Below, piece after piece: positions 9,388 to 17,631 of a stretch of 35,344 nucleotides of DNA. The DNA is from a virus. Its lineage: Duplodnaviria > Caudoviricetes. Where the stretch lies: the IMG/VR virus record IMGVR_UViG_3300020044_006715, positions 1-35,344 of that record, one strand, 5' to 3'. Positions within the stretch are counted from its first letter, which is position 1. Each line of letters opens with the position of its first letter. The notes under the pieces were generated by a model. That model was given only the letters and a program-made list of their open reading frames with translations. It searched no databases and was not told the origin of the DNA. The position numbers and the translations under genes were made by a program.

Positions 9388-10733
9388 TGATCGTACCGTC
9401 TAATCTTGACGATACGATTCCCGTTGTGTGCAACACGGAGGATCACGAGATTTTCGGCAACATAACTGCTGCCGTTGCTCGTGATCTTCCGTGGTTGCAG
9501 CTTTCAGAGCCGCACGACGGGGTAGCAGTAATTGTGGGGGGCGGCCCTTCTATGAAGCCGCTGCTCCCCATGGTTGCCGGGCATAAAAACGCAGGACAAG
9601 CTATTTTTGCCGTTAATGGCACACTTCCGGCTTTGGCTAGCGTTGATATTATCCCTGACTACTTTGTGCTTTTGGACGCTAGGGCGCACAATCAGGGCTT
9701 TATTCAGCCCAACAAGGCTACAAAGTACCTGATAGCGTCTCAGTGCAGCACGGGCGTTTTTGAGGCCCTAGAAGGCTATGACGTTACCGTCTGGCACCCG
9801 GCCTACCCCGGCATTCAAGAATACATTGGAGAGCGGCCCTGCGCCCTTATTGGTGGCGGTACTACTGTTGGCTTGCAGGCCATGAGCATCGCGTTTGCCA
9901 TGGGGTATCGCAATATTCACCTTTATGGCTTTGATTCTAGTTATTCCAAGGCGGGCGAGGGCCATGCCTATTCCCAGCCTGCCAATGACGCCGATCCCCG
10001 CGAAAGCTATTGGGTGAACGGCAAAGAGTATATTGCCGCCCCCTGGATGGCCCGGCAGGCTATGGAATTCCAGACGGCTGCCCAGCAGCTTGCGGATGCG
10101 GACGCGATCATCCAGGTCCACGGCCATGGCCTGCTCCCGGCCATTGCCAAGGCCATGTCTGAGCCGCCTAAGCCTATGTCTGAAATTGAGAAATATCAGA
10201 CGCTATGGGGCACGGATGTTTACCGAGACGTAGCCCCCGGCGAGATGTTTGCCGAGCATTTTATTGAAATTGCTGACCCTAAGCTGACAGATGTCATTGT
10301 TGACTTTGGATGCGGCACGGGCAGGGGCGGTAAAAAGATTGCCGACCTAACCCATTGTTCAGTGCAACTCGTTGATTTTGCTGACAATTGCCGGGATGAA
10401 GGCAATAATTTGCCATTTACCGTGGCTGATCTGACGAAGCCCATCGGCGTTAGCGGAAACATCGGATATTGCACTGATGTCATGGAGCATATTGCCCCTA
10501 GCGATGTGCCTGATGTCATTAAAAATATTATGGATTGTGTCGATAGCTGCTATTTCAAAATAGCCCTATTCGATGATAGTATGGGTCAGTTGATCGGCCA
10601 CCCGCTTCATCTATCCGTTTTCCCTAGCGAATGGTGGCGAAATCAATTCTCCACATATGAAATCAAGTACGAGCATTCGGATGAAGGCGCGGCCTGTCCT
10701 TATGCGACGTTTTACGTCAGAAACCCTTCATAA
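9387..10733 (+). CDS. Maf/DUF115 (MptE-like) domain fused to class I SAM-dependent methyltransferase
   Basis: Start at TAATG overlap; AVIVGGGPS, AVNG, PDYFVLLD, GYRNIHLYGFDSS; then VDFGCGTG and CTDVMEHI. Confidence 0.8.
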   Translation: MIVPSNLDDTIPVVCNTEDHEIFGNITAAVARDLPWLQLSEPHDGVAVIVGGGPSMKPLLPMVAGHKNAGQAIFAVNGTLPALASVDIIPDYFVLLDARAHNQGFIQPNKATKYLIASQCSTGVFEALEGYDVTVWHPAYPGIQEYIGERPCALIGGGTTVGLQAMSIAFAMGYRNIHLYGFDSSYSKAGEGHAYSQPANDADPRESYWVNGKEYIAAPWMARQAMEFQTAAQQLADADAIIQVHGHGLLPAIAKAMSEPPKPMSEIEKYQTLWGTDVYRDVAPGEMFAEHFIEIADPKLTDVIVDFGCGTGRGGKKIADLTHCSVQLVDFADNCRDEGNNLPFTVADLTKPIGVSGNIGYCTDVMEHIAPSDVPDVIKNIMDCVDSCYFKIALFDDSMGQLIGHPLHLSVFPSEWWRNQFSTYEIKYEHSDEGAACPYATFYVRNPS

Positions 10734-10744
10734 AGGATATAGAT

Positions 10745-11128
10745 ATGTCCATTCCTTCCCGAATTCTTGCTTCTGGTAACTCGCCGCTGGCGACCATTTC
10801 CATTGCCGGTGACGGCGCTACCGCCCTGACCGCGACTGGTTCGACCCAGGCCACTGCCCTGCAGCTTTCGGCTGTCTATAACGCCATTGGCACGACTGCT
10901 GCCAGCACTGGCGTTAAGCTGCCCCCGTGTGAAGCTGGCGCTCTGGTGTTCGTCTATAATGGCGGCGCTTCGACCCTGCAGATTTATACCAACGAAACCT
11001 CTGGCGTCACCATGAACGCGGCTGTTGCCGGTTCCACTGGCGTTGCCCTTGGCACAACCAAGACCGCGATTTGCATTGGCACTTCCGCGACCACCTGGGT
11101 TGTCACTTGCGCCCTGTCTTCCACATAA
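10745..11128 (+). CDS. Small Ala/Thr-rich virion protein
   Basis: AAGGA RBS; similar to the C-terminal domain of 4256-6079. Confidence 0.75.
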   Translation: MSIPSRILASGNSPLATISIAGDGATALTATGSTQATALQLSAVYNAIGTTAASTGVKLPPCEAGALVFVYNGGASTLQIYTNETSGVTMNAAVAGSTGVALGTTKTAICIGTSATTWVVTCALSST

Positions 11129-11138
11129 GGAGTAATTT

Positions 11139-11714
11139 ATGCCTTTGGATAGCGATATCGCTAATGCCGATTCTCATCTGCATGTAGAGTTCTACATGTA
11201 CGACAAGGCCCCGTTTAAGGACACGCCTTTTGTGAGAATTATGGTGCCCGGCGATAAGACTAACATCATTGAGCAGCCCGTTCGTGAACATCATAAGGAA
11301 CGGTTTATTCGTCAGTGGCTTTATTTCCAGTCTCAGAATAGCGACGGTCAGGTTATCGGCACTAAGCTAACCGAATGGAACAAGGATGCTCCTAACGATC
11401 TCAATGATAGCCAAATGGCTGAATTGCAGATTCTCAAGTTCCAGACTGTAGAACAGGTCGCAACGGCTACCGATGCCCAGCTTCAGCGTATTGGCATGGG
11501 TGCCGCTGGCCTTCGTGAACGCGCTAGGTCTTATCTGACGCGCAAAAACCAGTCTGTCAGCGAATCTGAATTGGCAAAGACCCGTAATGAGCTTGATGAG
11601 CTAAAGGCCCAGATGGCCGCGCTCATGTCTCAGCGCAAGCCGGGGCGGCCTCGCAAGGAAGATGTAGATGTCCAGTACGACGATGCTTCAGTTGGTGCAA
11701 CAGGTCACCAATGA
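11139..11714 (+). CDS. Hypothetical protein with HhH-like segment, coiled coil and AT-hook-like motif
   Basis: AAGGAG RBS; TVEQVATATDAQLQRIGMG; RKPGRPRK. Confidence 0.75.
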   Translation: MPLDSDIANADSHLHVEFYMYDKAPFKDTPFVRIMVPGDKTNIIEQPVREHHKERFIRQWLYFQSQNSDGQVIGTKLTEWNKDAPNDLNDSQMAELQILKFQTVEQVATATDAQLQRIGMGAAGLRERARSYLTRKNQSVSESELAKTRNELDELKAQMAALMSQRKPGRPRKEDVDVQYDDASVGATGHQ

Positions 11715-12576
11715 ATTAGGCATTCCAACACCGACAACGGTAGCGGGCAATACGAACCAAGACGTTATCCAGATTTTAGCGTTGATGAACGCTTCTGGAT
11801 ACGAATTGCTGCGTAAGGCTGATTGGCGTGAGCTAACCATGCCTCATAGCTTTTTCACTGAATACACGACCACTACCGGCGATTACACGACATCTAGCCT
11901 GACCATTACCAACATCCCGTCCACCGCTGGGCTTGATACAAGCTACATGGTGGTCGGGACTGGTTTTCCCAACGCCACGTTTATCAGCAGCGTTGATTCC
12001 GCCACTCAGGTCACAGTCTCGCAGTATTCTGCTCAGGCTGTGACCGGCGGGACCATTTACTTCCAGAAGGTCAAATATGACCTTCCCGCCGATTACGACA
12101 GCATTGTTCCTCGCACTCAGTGGGACAAGAGCAAGCATTGGGAAATGCTTGGCCCGGAAAGCGCCCAGCAGTGGGAATGGCTTCTAAGCGGCTTTATCAG
12201 CACTGGCCCGCGGATCCGCTGGCGTCTGTATGGCAGCTATTTCCAGATTTGGCCGGGCAATTCGACTAACGAATATCTGGGCTTTGAGTACCGTAGCAAG
12301 GGCTGGGCGCGCTCGCCTACCGGCGTTGTCCAGAACAGCTTTACGAATGACAACGACACTTGCATCTATCCTGACCGGCTTATGGTCCTTTCGACCAAGC
12401 TCAAGTATTTCCAGGCTAAGGGCTTTGATACAACTGCTCTTTACCGGGACTATCTGCAGGAATTCGAGACTTCCGTTGCTCAGGACACCTCGGCGGCCAA
12501 CCTGTCGTTTGCGCCGCGTCCGGGCACCGTTTTGATTGGCTGGGACAACATACCGGATACCGGATATGGCAATTAG
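11668..12576 (+). CDS. Head-tail adaptor (tail tubular A / gp4-like)
   Basis: MLQLVQQV..ELG N-terminus, YDLPADY motif, position before nozzle gene; AAGGA upstream. Confidence 0.7.
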   Translation: MSSTTMLQLVQQVTNELGIPTPTTVAGNTNQDVIQILALMNASGYELLRKADWRELTMPHSFFTEYTTTTGDYTTSSLTITNIPSTAGLDTSYMVVGTGFPNATFISSVDSATQVTVSQYSAQAVTGGTIYFQKVKYDLPADYDSIVPRTQWDKSKHWEMLGPESAQQWEWLLSGFISTGPRIRWRLYGSYFQIWPGNSTNEYLGFEYRSKGWARSPTGVVQNSFTNDNDTCIYPDRLMVLSTKLKYFQAKGFDTTALYRDYLQEFETSVAQDTSAANLSFAPRPGTVLIGWDNIPDTGYGN

Positions 12577-14122
12577 CCCACGCGCAATGGTCCAAGGTAC
12601 AGTGGCTCAAGTGCAGTCACTGCCCGCCCCGCTGGGCGGTTGGAACGCGCGTGACAGCCTTGCCAATATGGAGCCTACGGACGCCGTAACGCTCATTAAC
12701 ATGTTCCCCACAGTCAGCAACTTGACCATGCGAGGCGGCTATACCAAGCACGCCACGGGGCTAGACGGCAAAGTCCAGACCCTGATGGTTTATAACGACG
12801 GTAACAGCACAGAAATGTTTGCCGTCACCAGCGCGGGCAAAATCTATGATGTTACTGCCGGAGGCGCGGTTGGCGCTCCGGTTGTTACGGGCCTGACCAA
12901 TGGCATCTGGGAATACATCAACATAACTACCGCTGGCGGCAGCTATTTGATGGCTGTTAATGGCGAAGATTCCGCGCTCTTATACAACGGCACAACGTGG
13001 ACTAACCCGGCTATTACTGGCGTTACGTCTGCTGATTTGTGCAATATTACGCTGTTTAAGAACCGCATTTGGTTCATTGAGCAATACACGTTAAAGGCTT
13101 GGTATCTTCCGACCAGTTCAATTGGCGGCGCGGCCCAATACATTGATATGAGTTCAATTGCCAAGTTTGGCGGTCATCTAGTCGATCTAGACACTTGGAC
13201 GCTGGATGCCGGTTATGGCGTTGATGACAACCTGGCGTTCATTACCAGCATTGGCGAAGTCATTGTGTACCGGGGCACCGACCCGGCCAGCGCGGCTACA
13301 TGGTCATTGATTGGCAATTGGAAGTTAGGCTCGCCTGTCGGAACGCGCTGTATGCTTAAATGGGGCGGCGATCTACTAATCCTGACGTATGACGGCCTTA
13401 TGCCTATGGCCGCGTCCCTGCAATCCAGCCGCCTAGACCCCCGCGTGGCCTTGTCTGACAAGATACAGGGCGCGATTACGGCGGCCGCAACGGCATACGG
13501 CGGTAACCATGCGGCTGGCGGCTGGCAAGTCGTTTACACGGCTAAGAACAATGCCGTCTGGATCAATGTCCCGGTGGGTGACGGCCAGCAGCAACAGTAC
13601 GTTATGAACACCATTACAAAGTCTTGGTGCCAGTTTATTGGTTGGGCGGCCTATTGTTGGGAGATATTCTCAGACGACCCCTACTTTGGCTCCGATGGAT
13701 ACGTTGGCAAGGCTTGGGACGACAATTATACGGACTACACTAACAATATCACTACTCAGACGCTTCAGGCGTTCAATTACTTTGGCTCGCGTGGCGTTAA
13801 AAAGTATTTCACCCGCGCTAGACCCAGCATTTTTACCAACGGCGACCCGACTATCGGCGTCGGCATGAATATTGACTTTGATACGTCTGACACCACCGCT
13901 CCGGTCACATTTACCGGCTCGGCGTATGGCGTTTGGGACGCTGTTACAAGCACTTGGGACGTAGCCATCTGGGGCGCTGATCTTGCGATCCAGAACACAT
14001 GGCTTGGCATTACTGGCATTGGCTACTGCGGCGCTCTTCAGATGAAGACGGCCAGCAGCGGCCTGCAGATTCAATGGGCCTCAACAGATGTGGTGTATCA
14101 GACCGGATGGGCGGGCGTATAG
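12566..14122 (+). CDS. Tail nozzle / DNA stabilisation protein (gp10 / tail tubular B-like)
   Basis: LPAPLGGWNARD start, beta-propeller-like composition, FKNRIWF; start moved to ATG 12566. Confidence 0.8.
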   Translation: MAISPRAMVQGTVAQVQSLPAPLGGWNARDSLANMEPTDAVTLINMFPTVSNLTMRGGYTKHATGLDGKVQTLMVYNDGNSTEMFAVTSAGKIYDVTAGGAVGAPVVTGLTNGIWEYINITTAGGSYLMAVNGEDSALLYNGTTWTNPAITGVTSADLCNITLFKNRIWFIEQYTLKAWYLPTSSIGGAAQYIDMSSIAKFGGHLVDLDTWTLDAGYGVDDNLAFITSIGEVIVYRGTDPASAATWSLIGNWKLGSPVGTRCMLKWGGDLLILTYDGLMPMAASLQSSRLDPRVALSDKIQGAITAAATAYGGNHAAGGWQVVYTAKNNAVWINVPVGDGQQQQYVMNTITKSWCQFIGWAAYCWEIFSDDPYFGSDGYVGKAWDDNYTDYTNNITTQTLQAFNYFGSRGVKKYFTRARPSIFTNGDPTIGVGMNIDFDTSDTTAPVTFTGSAYGVWDAVTSTWDVAIWGADLAIQNTWLGITGIGYCGALQMKTASSGLQIQWASTDVVYQTGWAGV

Positions 14123-14526
14123 TTAGCGGTCCAGCAGTGGGCCATTGGGTTGCAATGCAGATGAACGGCGCTTTTAGCCCGAACACCAGCACTGCAATAG
14201 GATTAGAAGACGACGCCGGGTTAAAAGCCGGTGTCATTTACGAGAATTGGAATGGTAAATCTCTAGTAGTTCACTTGGCAATTAAAGGCCGGATTACTAG
14301 GGCGTTTTTAGGAGCAATCTTTAGGTATGGTTTCATTACTTGCGGCATTGAAAAGGCGATAGCCCCGATAAGTAGCGGAAACGAAAAGATTAATTCCTTT
14401 GTGAAAAAAGTTGGGTTCATAGAAGAAGCAAGGATTACTGACGCAGCACCGGACGGCGACATTGTTTTGTACACGCTGAAAAAGGCTGACTGTAAGTATT
14501 TAGGAGAAAGTTATGGGCAAGCCTAG
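14107..14526 (+). CDS. GNAT-fold acetyltransferase-like tail-module protein
   Basis: N......FVKKVGFIEEARI GNAT C-terminal motif; lies between nozzle and ejection genes; start moved to ATG 14107. Confidence 0.7.
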   Translation: MGGRIVSGPAVGHWVAMQMNGAFSPNTSTAIGLEDDAGLKAGVIYENWNGKSLVVHLAIKGRITRAFLGAIFRYGFITCGIEKAIAPISSGNEKINSFVKKVGFIEEARITDAAPDGDIVLYTLKKADCKYLGESYGQA

Positions 14527-15016
14527 TCCTCCCCCGGCACCGAATTACCAGCAGTCTGCCACGCAGCAGGCGGCGGCCAACGTTGAGGCTGCCCAGAAGA
14601 CGGCTATCCTCAATAATCCGAATATCATCAGCCCTTACGGCAAACAGACCGTTACCTATTCGTCGTCGCCTATTGTTGACCAGCAGGCTTACGATCAGGC
14701 CATGCAGAACTGGCGCAATACGCAGGGCCAGACTGACGAATACGGCAATGACATTTCAGGCGCTGCCCCTGACATTTCTCAGTTTACCCGCGCGGGCGAT
14801 CTTCAGCCCACCGTTACCCAGACCCTGACGCCTGAGTCGCAGGCCGCCCTTGAGGCGCAGCAGCGCATTACTCAGAAGCTGTCGGGTCTTGGCGAAAGCG
14901 CCATTGGCACTGCCCAGAACATCATGGGCACGCCTTTTCAATACGAAGGCCCCAGCATACAGACTTCGCTTGGGCAGCAGATGCCCATGAATTACGGCCC
15001 GGCTATGGGCATGTAG
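14513..15016 (+). CDS. Ejection/pilot protein, N-terminal part (ends at an in-frame TAG)
   Basis: GGAG RBS; MGKPSPPPAPNY start, NPNIISPYG and QTLTPESQ motifs. Confidence 0.75.
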   Translation: MGKPSPPPAPNYQQSATQQAAANVEAAQKTAILNNPNIISPYGKQTVTYSSSPIVDQQAYDQAMQNWRNTQGQTDEYGNDISGAAPDISQFTRAGDLQPTVTQTLTPESQAALEAQQRITQKLSGLGESAIGTAQNIMGTPFQYEGPSIQTSLGQQMPMNYGPAMGM

Positions 15017-15019
15017 GGC

Positions 15020-16072
15020 ATGGCTGGTAGCGTTAACCCCAACCAGTATGGCACGGCGCAGGGCGTCAATGCCGCTGATTATGGGCAGGCTACTGGCATT
15101 AACGCCGGGGCTTACGGGCAGGCTCAGGGCGTTAATGCCAACCCATACAACAACCTTCAGACTAACCTAAACTTGTCTGGCGTCGCGGCCATGCCAGTAA
15201 ACGCGGGCACGACAGGCCAGCAGGCCATTATGAACCGCCTGCAGCCCCAGATCGCCCAGCGGTCTGCGGCCCTTACCCAGCAGCTTGCCAATCAGGGCAT
15301 TACCCCCGGCTCCGAGGCGTGGAATAATGCCATGCGTGAGCAGCAGCAGCAGGAAAATGACCTTCTAAGCCAAGCCGCTTTGCAGGGCCTTAACCTTGAT
15401 ATTGGGGCTAATCAGCAGGGCTATAATCAGGCCCTTGGCGCGGCTGGCCTGTATAATCAGGCCCTTGGGCAGGGCTTTGGGCAGGCTGCTACAGCACAGC
15501 AGATGGCTAATCAGGCCATTGCTCAGAATTACGGGCAGGGCTTTGGTGCCCAGCAGCTCGCCAATCAGGCCATCGGCCAGAACTTTGGTCAGGGCTTGCA
15601 GGCTAATGAAGCGCGTAACGCCGCCATTGCCCAGAACTATGGGCAGGGCTTGGGGGCGCAGCAGCTTGCTAATCAGGCTATCGGCCAGAATTACGGTCAG
15701 GCTGGCACTTCGGCGGGCTTGTACAATCAGGCTGCGGCGCAGGACTTTAACCAGCGCCTGAGCGGTGCCCAGTTTGGCAATCAGGCCGCCTTGCAGGCTT
15801 ACCAGCAGCAGCTTGCTCAGTACAACCAGCCGCTTAACCAAATCGCGGCCCTGCTGGGCGGTGCCCAGATACAGACGCCTCAGTTCCAGCAATACACGGG
15901 CGGCGGCCAGATCGGGGCCGCCCCGATATTCCAGGCGGCGACCAATCAGGGCAATTACGATACGGCAGCTTATAATGCTCAGATGCAGGGATATGGCGGC
16001 TTAATGGGCGGCATTGGTAGCATTGCCGGAGCGGGTCTCTCTCCGGGCGGATTTCTGAGAGGATTATTCTAA
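15020..16072 (+). CDS. Ejection/pilot protein, C-terminal part (same frame as 14513-15016)
   Basis: Gln/Ala/Gly/Asn-rich; LANQGITPGSEAW motif; 11-aa and 18-aa repeats. Confidence 0.75.
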   Translation: MAGSVNPNQYGTAQGVNAADYGQATGINAGAYGQAQGVNANPYNNLQTNLNLSGVAAMPVNAGTTGQQAIMNRLQPQIAQRSAALTQQLANQGITPGSEAWNNAMREQQQQENDLLSQAALQGLNLDIGANQQGYNQALGAAGLYNQALGQGFGQAATAQQMANQAIAQNYGQGFGAQQLANQAIGQNFGQGLQANEARNAAIAQNYGQGLGAQQLANQAIGQNYGQAGTSAGLYNQAAAQDFNQRLSGAQFGNQAALQAYQQQLAQYNQPLNQIAALLGGAQIQTPQFQQYTGGGQIGAAPIFQAATNQGNYDTAAYNAQMQGYGGLMGGIGSIAGAGLSPGGFLRGLF

Positions 16073-17631
16073 TGGTTTCTTTGTTTGCACCAATTTCTGG
16101 CGATTATACCAGCCGTTCTGCGGAACTTGCTCGCCAGCAGAAGCTGGCTCAGATGCTGATGGAAATGTCCCAGCAGGAAATGCCGGTTTCCACGGCTGGC
16201 GGCATTACCGCGCCCGTGTCGCCCTATGGCGCTCTTGCCAAGGCCCTGACCAGCTTTGGCGGGTCTTACCTTTCTGGCAAGTCGGCGGCTGATGAGGCTG
16301 ATCTTAAAAAGTCCGATCAAGAAATGGCGCAGGCTGCCCTTAAAAACTTTTACGCATTGCCGGATTTTCAGCAGCTTGCCCTGTCTAAGCAGCCTGCCGC
16401 CCCGACTTCTTTTGACATTAATGTTCCAAGCCTGCCCGGACAGGTCGGACCGCAAGATGTTGCTGCTTCTGTGGCACTCCCGGGCGTTTCCCGCCCAGAA
16501 CTTGCAACTGTTGCTGGTCGTGCCACGACACCGCAGGAGCAAATGCAGAAACTTGCCCCGCTTATGCAGGGCGGCGAGACATCGCGGTCTGTTTATAATG
16601 CCTTTATGCCGCAAGTTATGCAGCAGCAGGCTGCTGATATTAAAGCCAATAGAGAAGATAAGTTGCCTAACCCCGTTGTTGTTGACGGTGTGCTTGTTGA
16701 TGGCAACCCAAAATCGGACACATACGGTCAAAACATTACTCAACGTAAAGCGGAAACACCAAAGCCGCCATCAACTAGAACATACAAATCTGGTAACACG
16801 GAAATAACGGAACAATTTAATCCTGAAACAGGGGAATATGAACGCCTTGCTACGTCGCCAATTAGAGTTGCTGGCGGCGAGGGTGGAAGTTCTAACGCAA
16901 AACTTAGTCCAGAAGATTTGGATTTTATGGCGAGACAGGCTTTGGCCGGTGACACATCAGTATTTGCTGGACTTGGTTATGGTACGACGGGCGCTGCCAA
17001 TAGAGTCGCTTTGCGAAGCAAAATGACTCAAATTGCCAAAGAAAATGGAATGTCTGGTGGCGATATAGCCGCAGTTAACGCTCGGTATTTTGGCACCAAA
17101 GCAGGGGAGCGAACTCTTGGCACTCGTTCTGCTAACATTGGTATGGCTGTTTCTGAAGCTAAACAATTAATGCCCTTGGCTTTGGAAGCATCTGCAAAAG
17201 TTGACAGAACTTCTTTCCCATCTCTTAATTCTATTCTTATTGCTGCTGCAAAAGGCACTGGCGATCCCAATGTTGTTAAATTGGGTGTTGCCACAAATTC
17301 GCTTATTAACACATATGCTCGTGCAATTAACCCTAGCGGTGTTCCCACTGTTAGCGACAAAGAGCATGCTAGAGAGCTTTTGGAAAATGCGTGGTCTAAG
17401 GGACAATACGCGGCTGCCGTCGCTCAGTTAAAAATGGAAATGGATGCTGCGGCTAAGTCACCAGATGTTGTGAGAGAAGAATTTAGAAATTCTATACCCG
17501 GCGTTTCAAATCAATTTGGGGGTAACAAAAATTACAATTCAGCTTCTGAAGTTGCCAATGCTTATAAAGCTGGAAAAATAACTAGAGATGACGCAGCTGC
17601 AATCCTTAAGCAAAAAGGATGGGCAGAATAA
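16072..17631 (+). CDS. Internal virion / DNA ejection protein
   Basis: TAATG coupling, 519 aa, helical Ala/Gly-rich, podovirus synteny. Confidence 0.7.
   Translation: MVSLFAPISGDYTSRSAELARQQKLAQMLMEMSQQEMPVSTAGGITAPVSPYGALAKALTSFGGSYLSGKSAADEADLKKSDQEMAQAALKNFYALPDFQQLALSKQPAAPTSFDINVPSLPGQVGPQDVAASVALPGVSRPELATVAGRATTPQEQMQKLAPLMQGGETSRSVYNAFMPQVMQQQAADIKANREDKLPNPVVVDGVLVDGNPKSDTYGQNITQRKAETPKPPSTRTYKSGNTEITEQFNPETGEYERLATSPIRVAGGEGGSSNAKLSPEDLDFMARQALAGDTSVFAGLGYGTTGAANRVALRSKMTQIAKENGMSGGDIAAVNARYFGTKAGERTLGTRSANIGMAVSEAKQLMPLALEASAKVDRTSFPSLNSILIAAAKGTGDPNVVKLGVATNSLINTYARAINPSGVPTVSDKEHARELLENAWSKGQYAAAVAQLKMEMDAAAKSPDVVREEFRNSIPGVSNQFGGNKNYNSASEVANAYKAGKITRDDAAAILKQKGWAE

Noticed and set aside
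15014-15016. Genome-wide TAG reassignment
   Set aside because: TAG cleanly ends genes at 12576, 14122, 14526, 21617 and 22774; only one internal case and no suppressor tRNA seen
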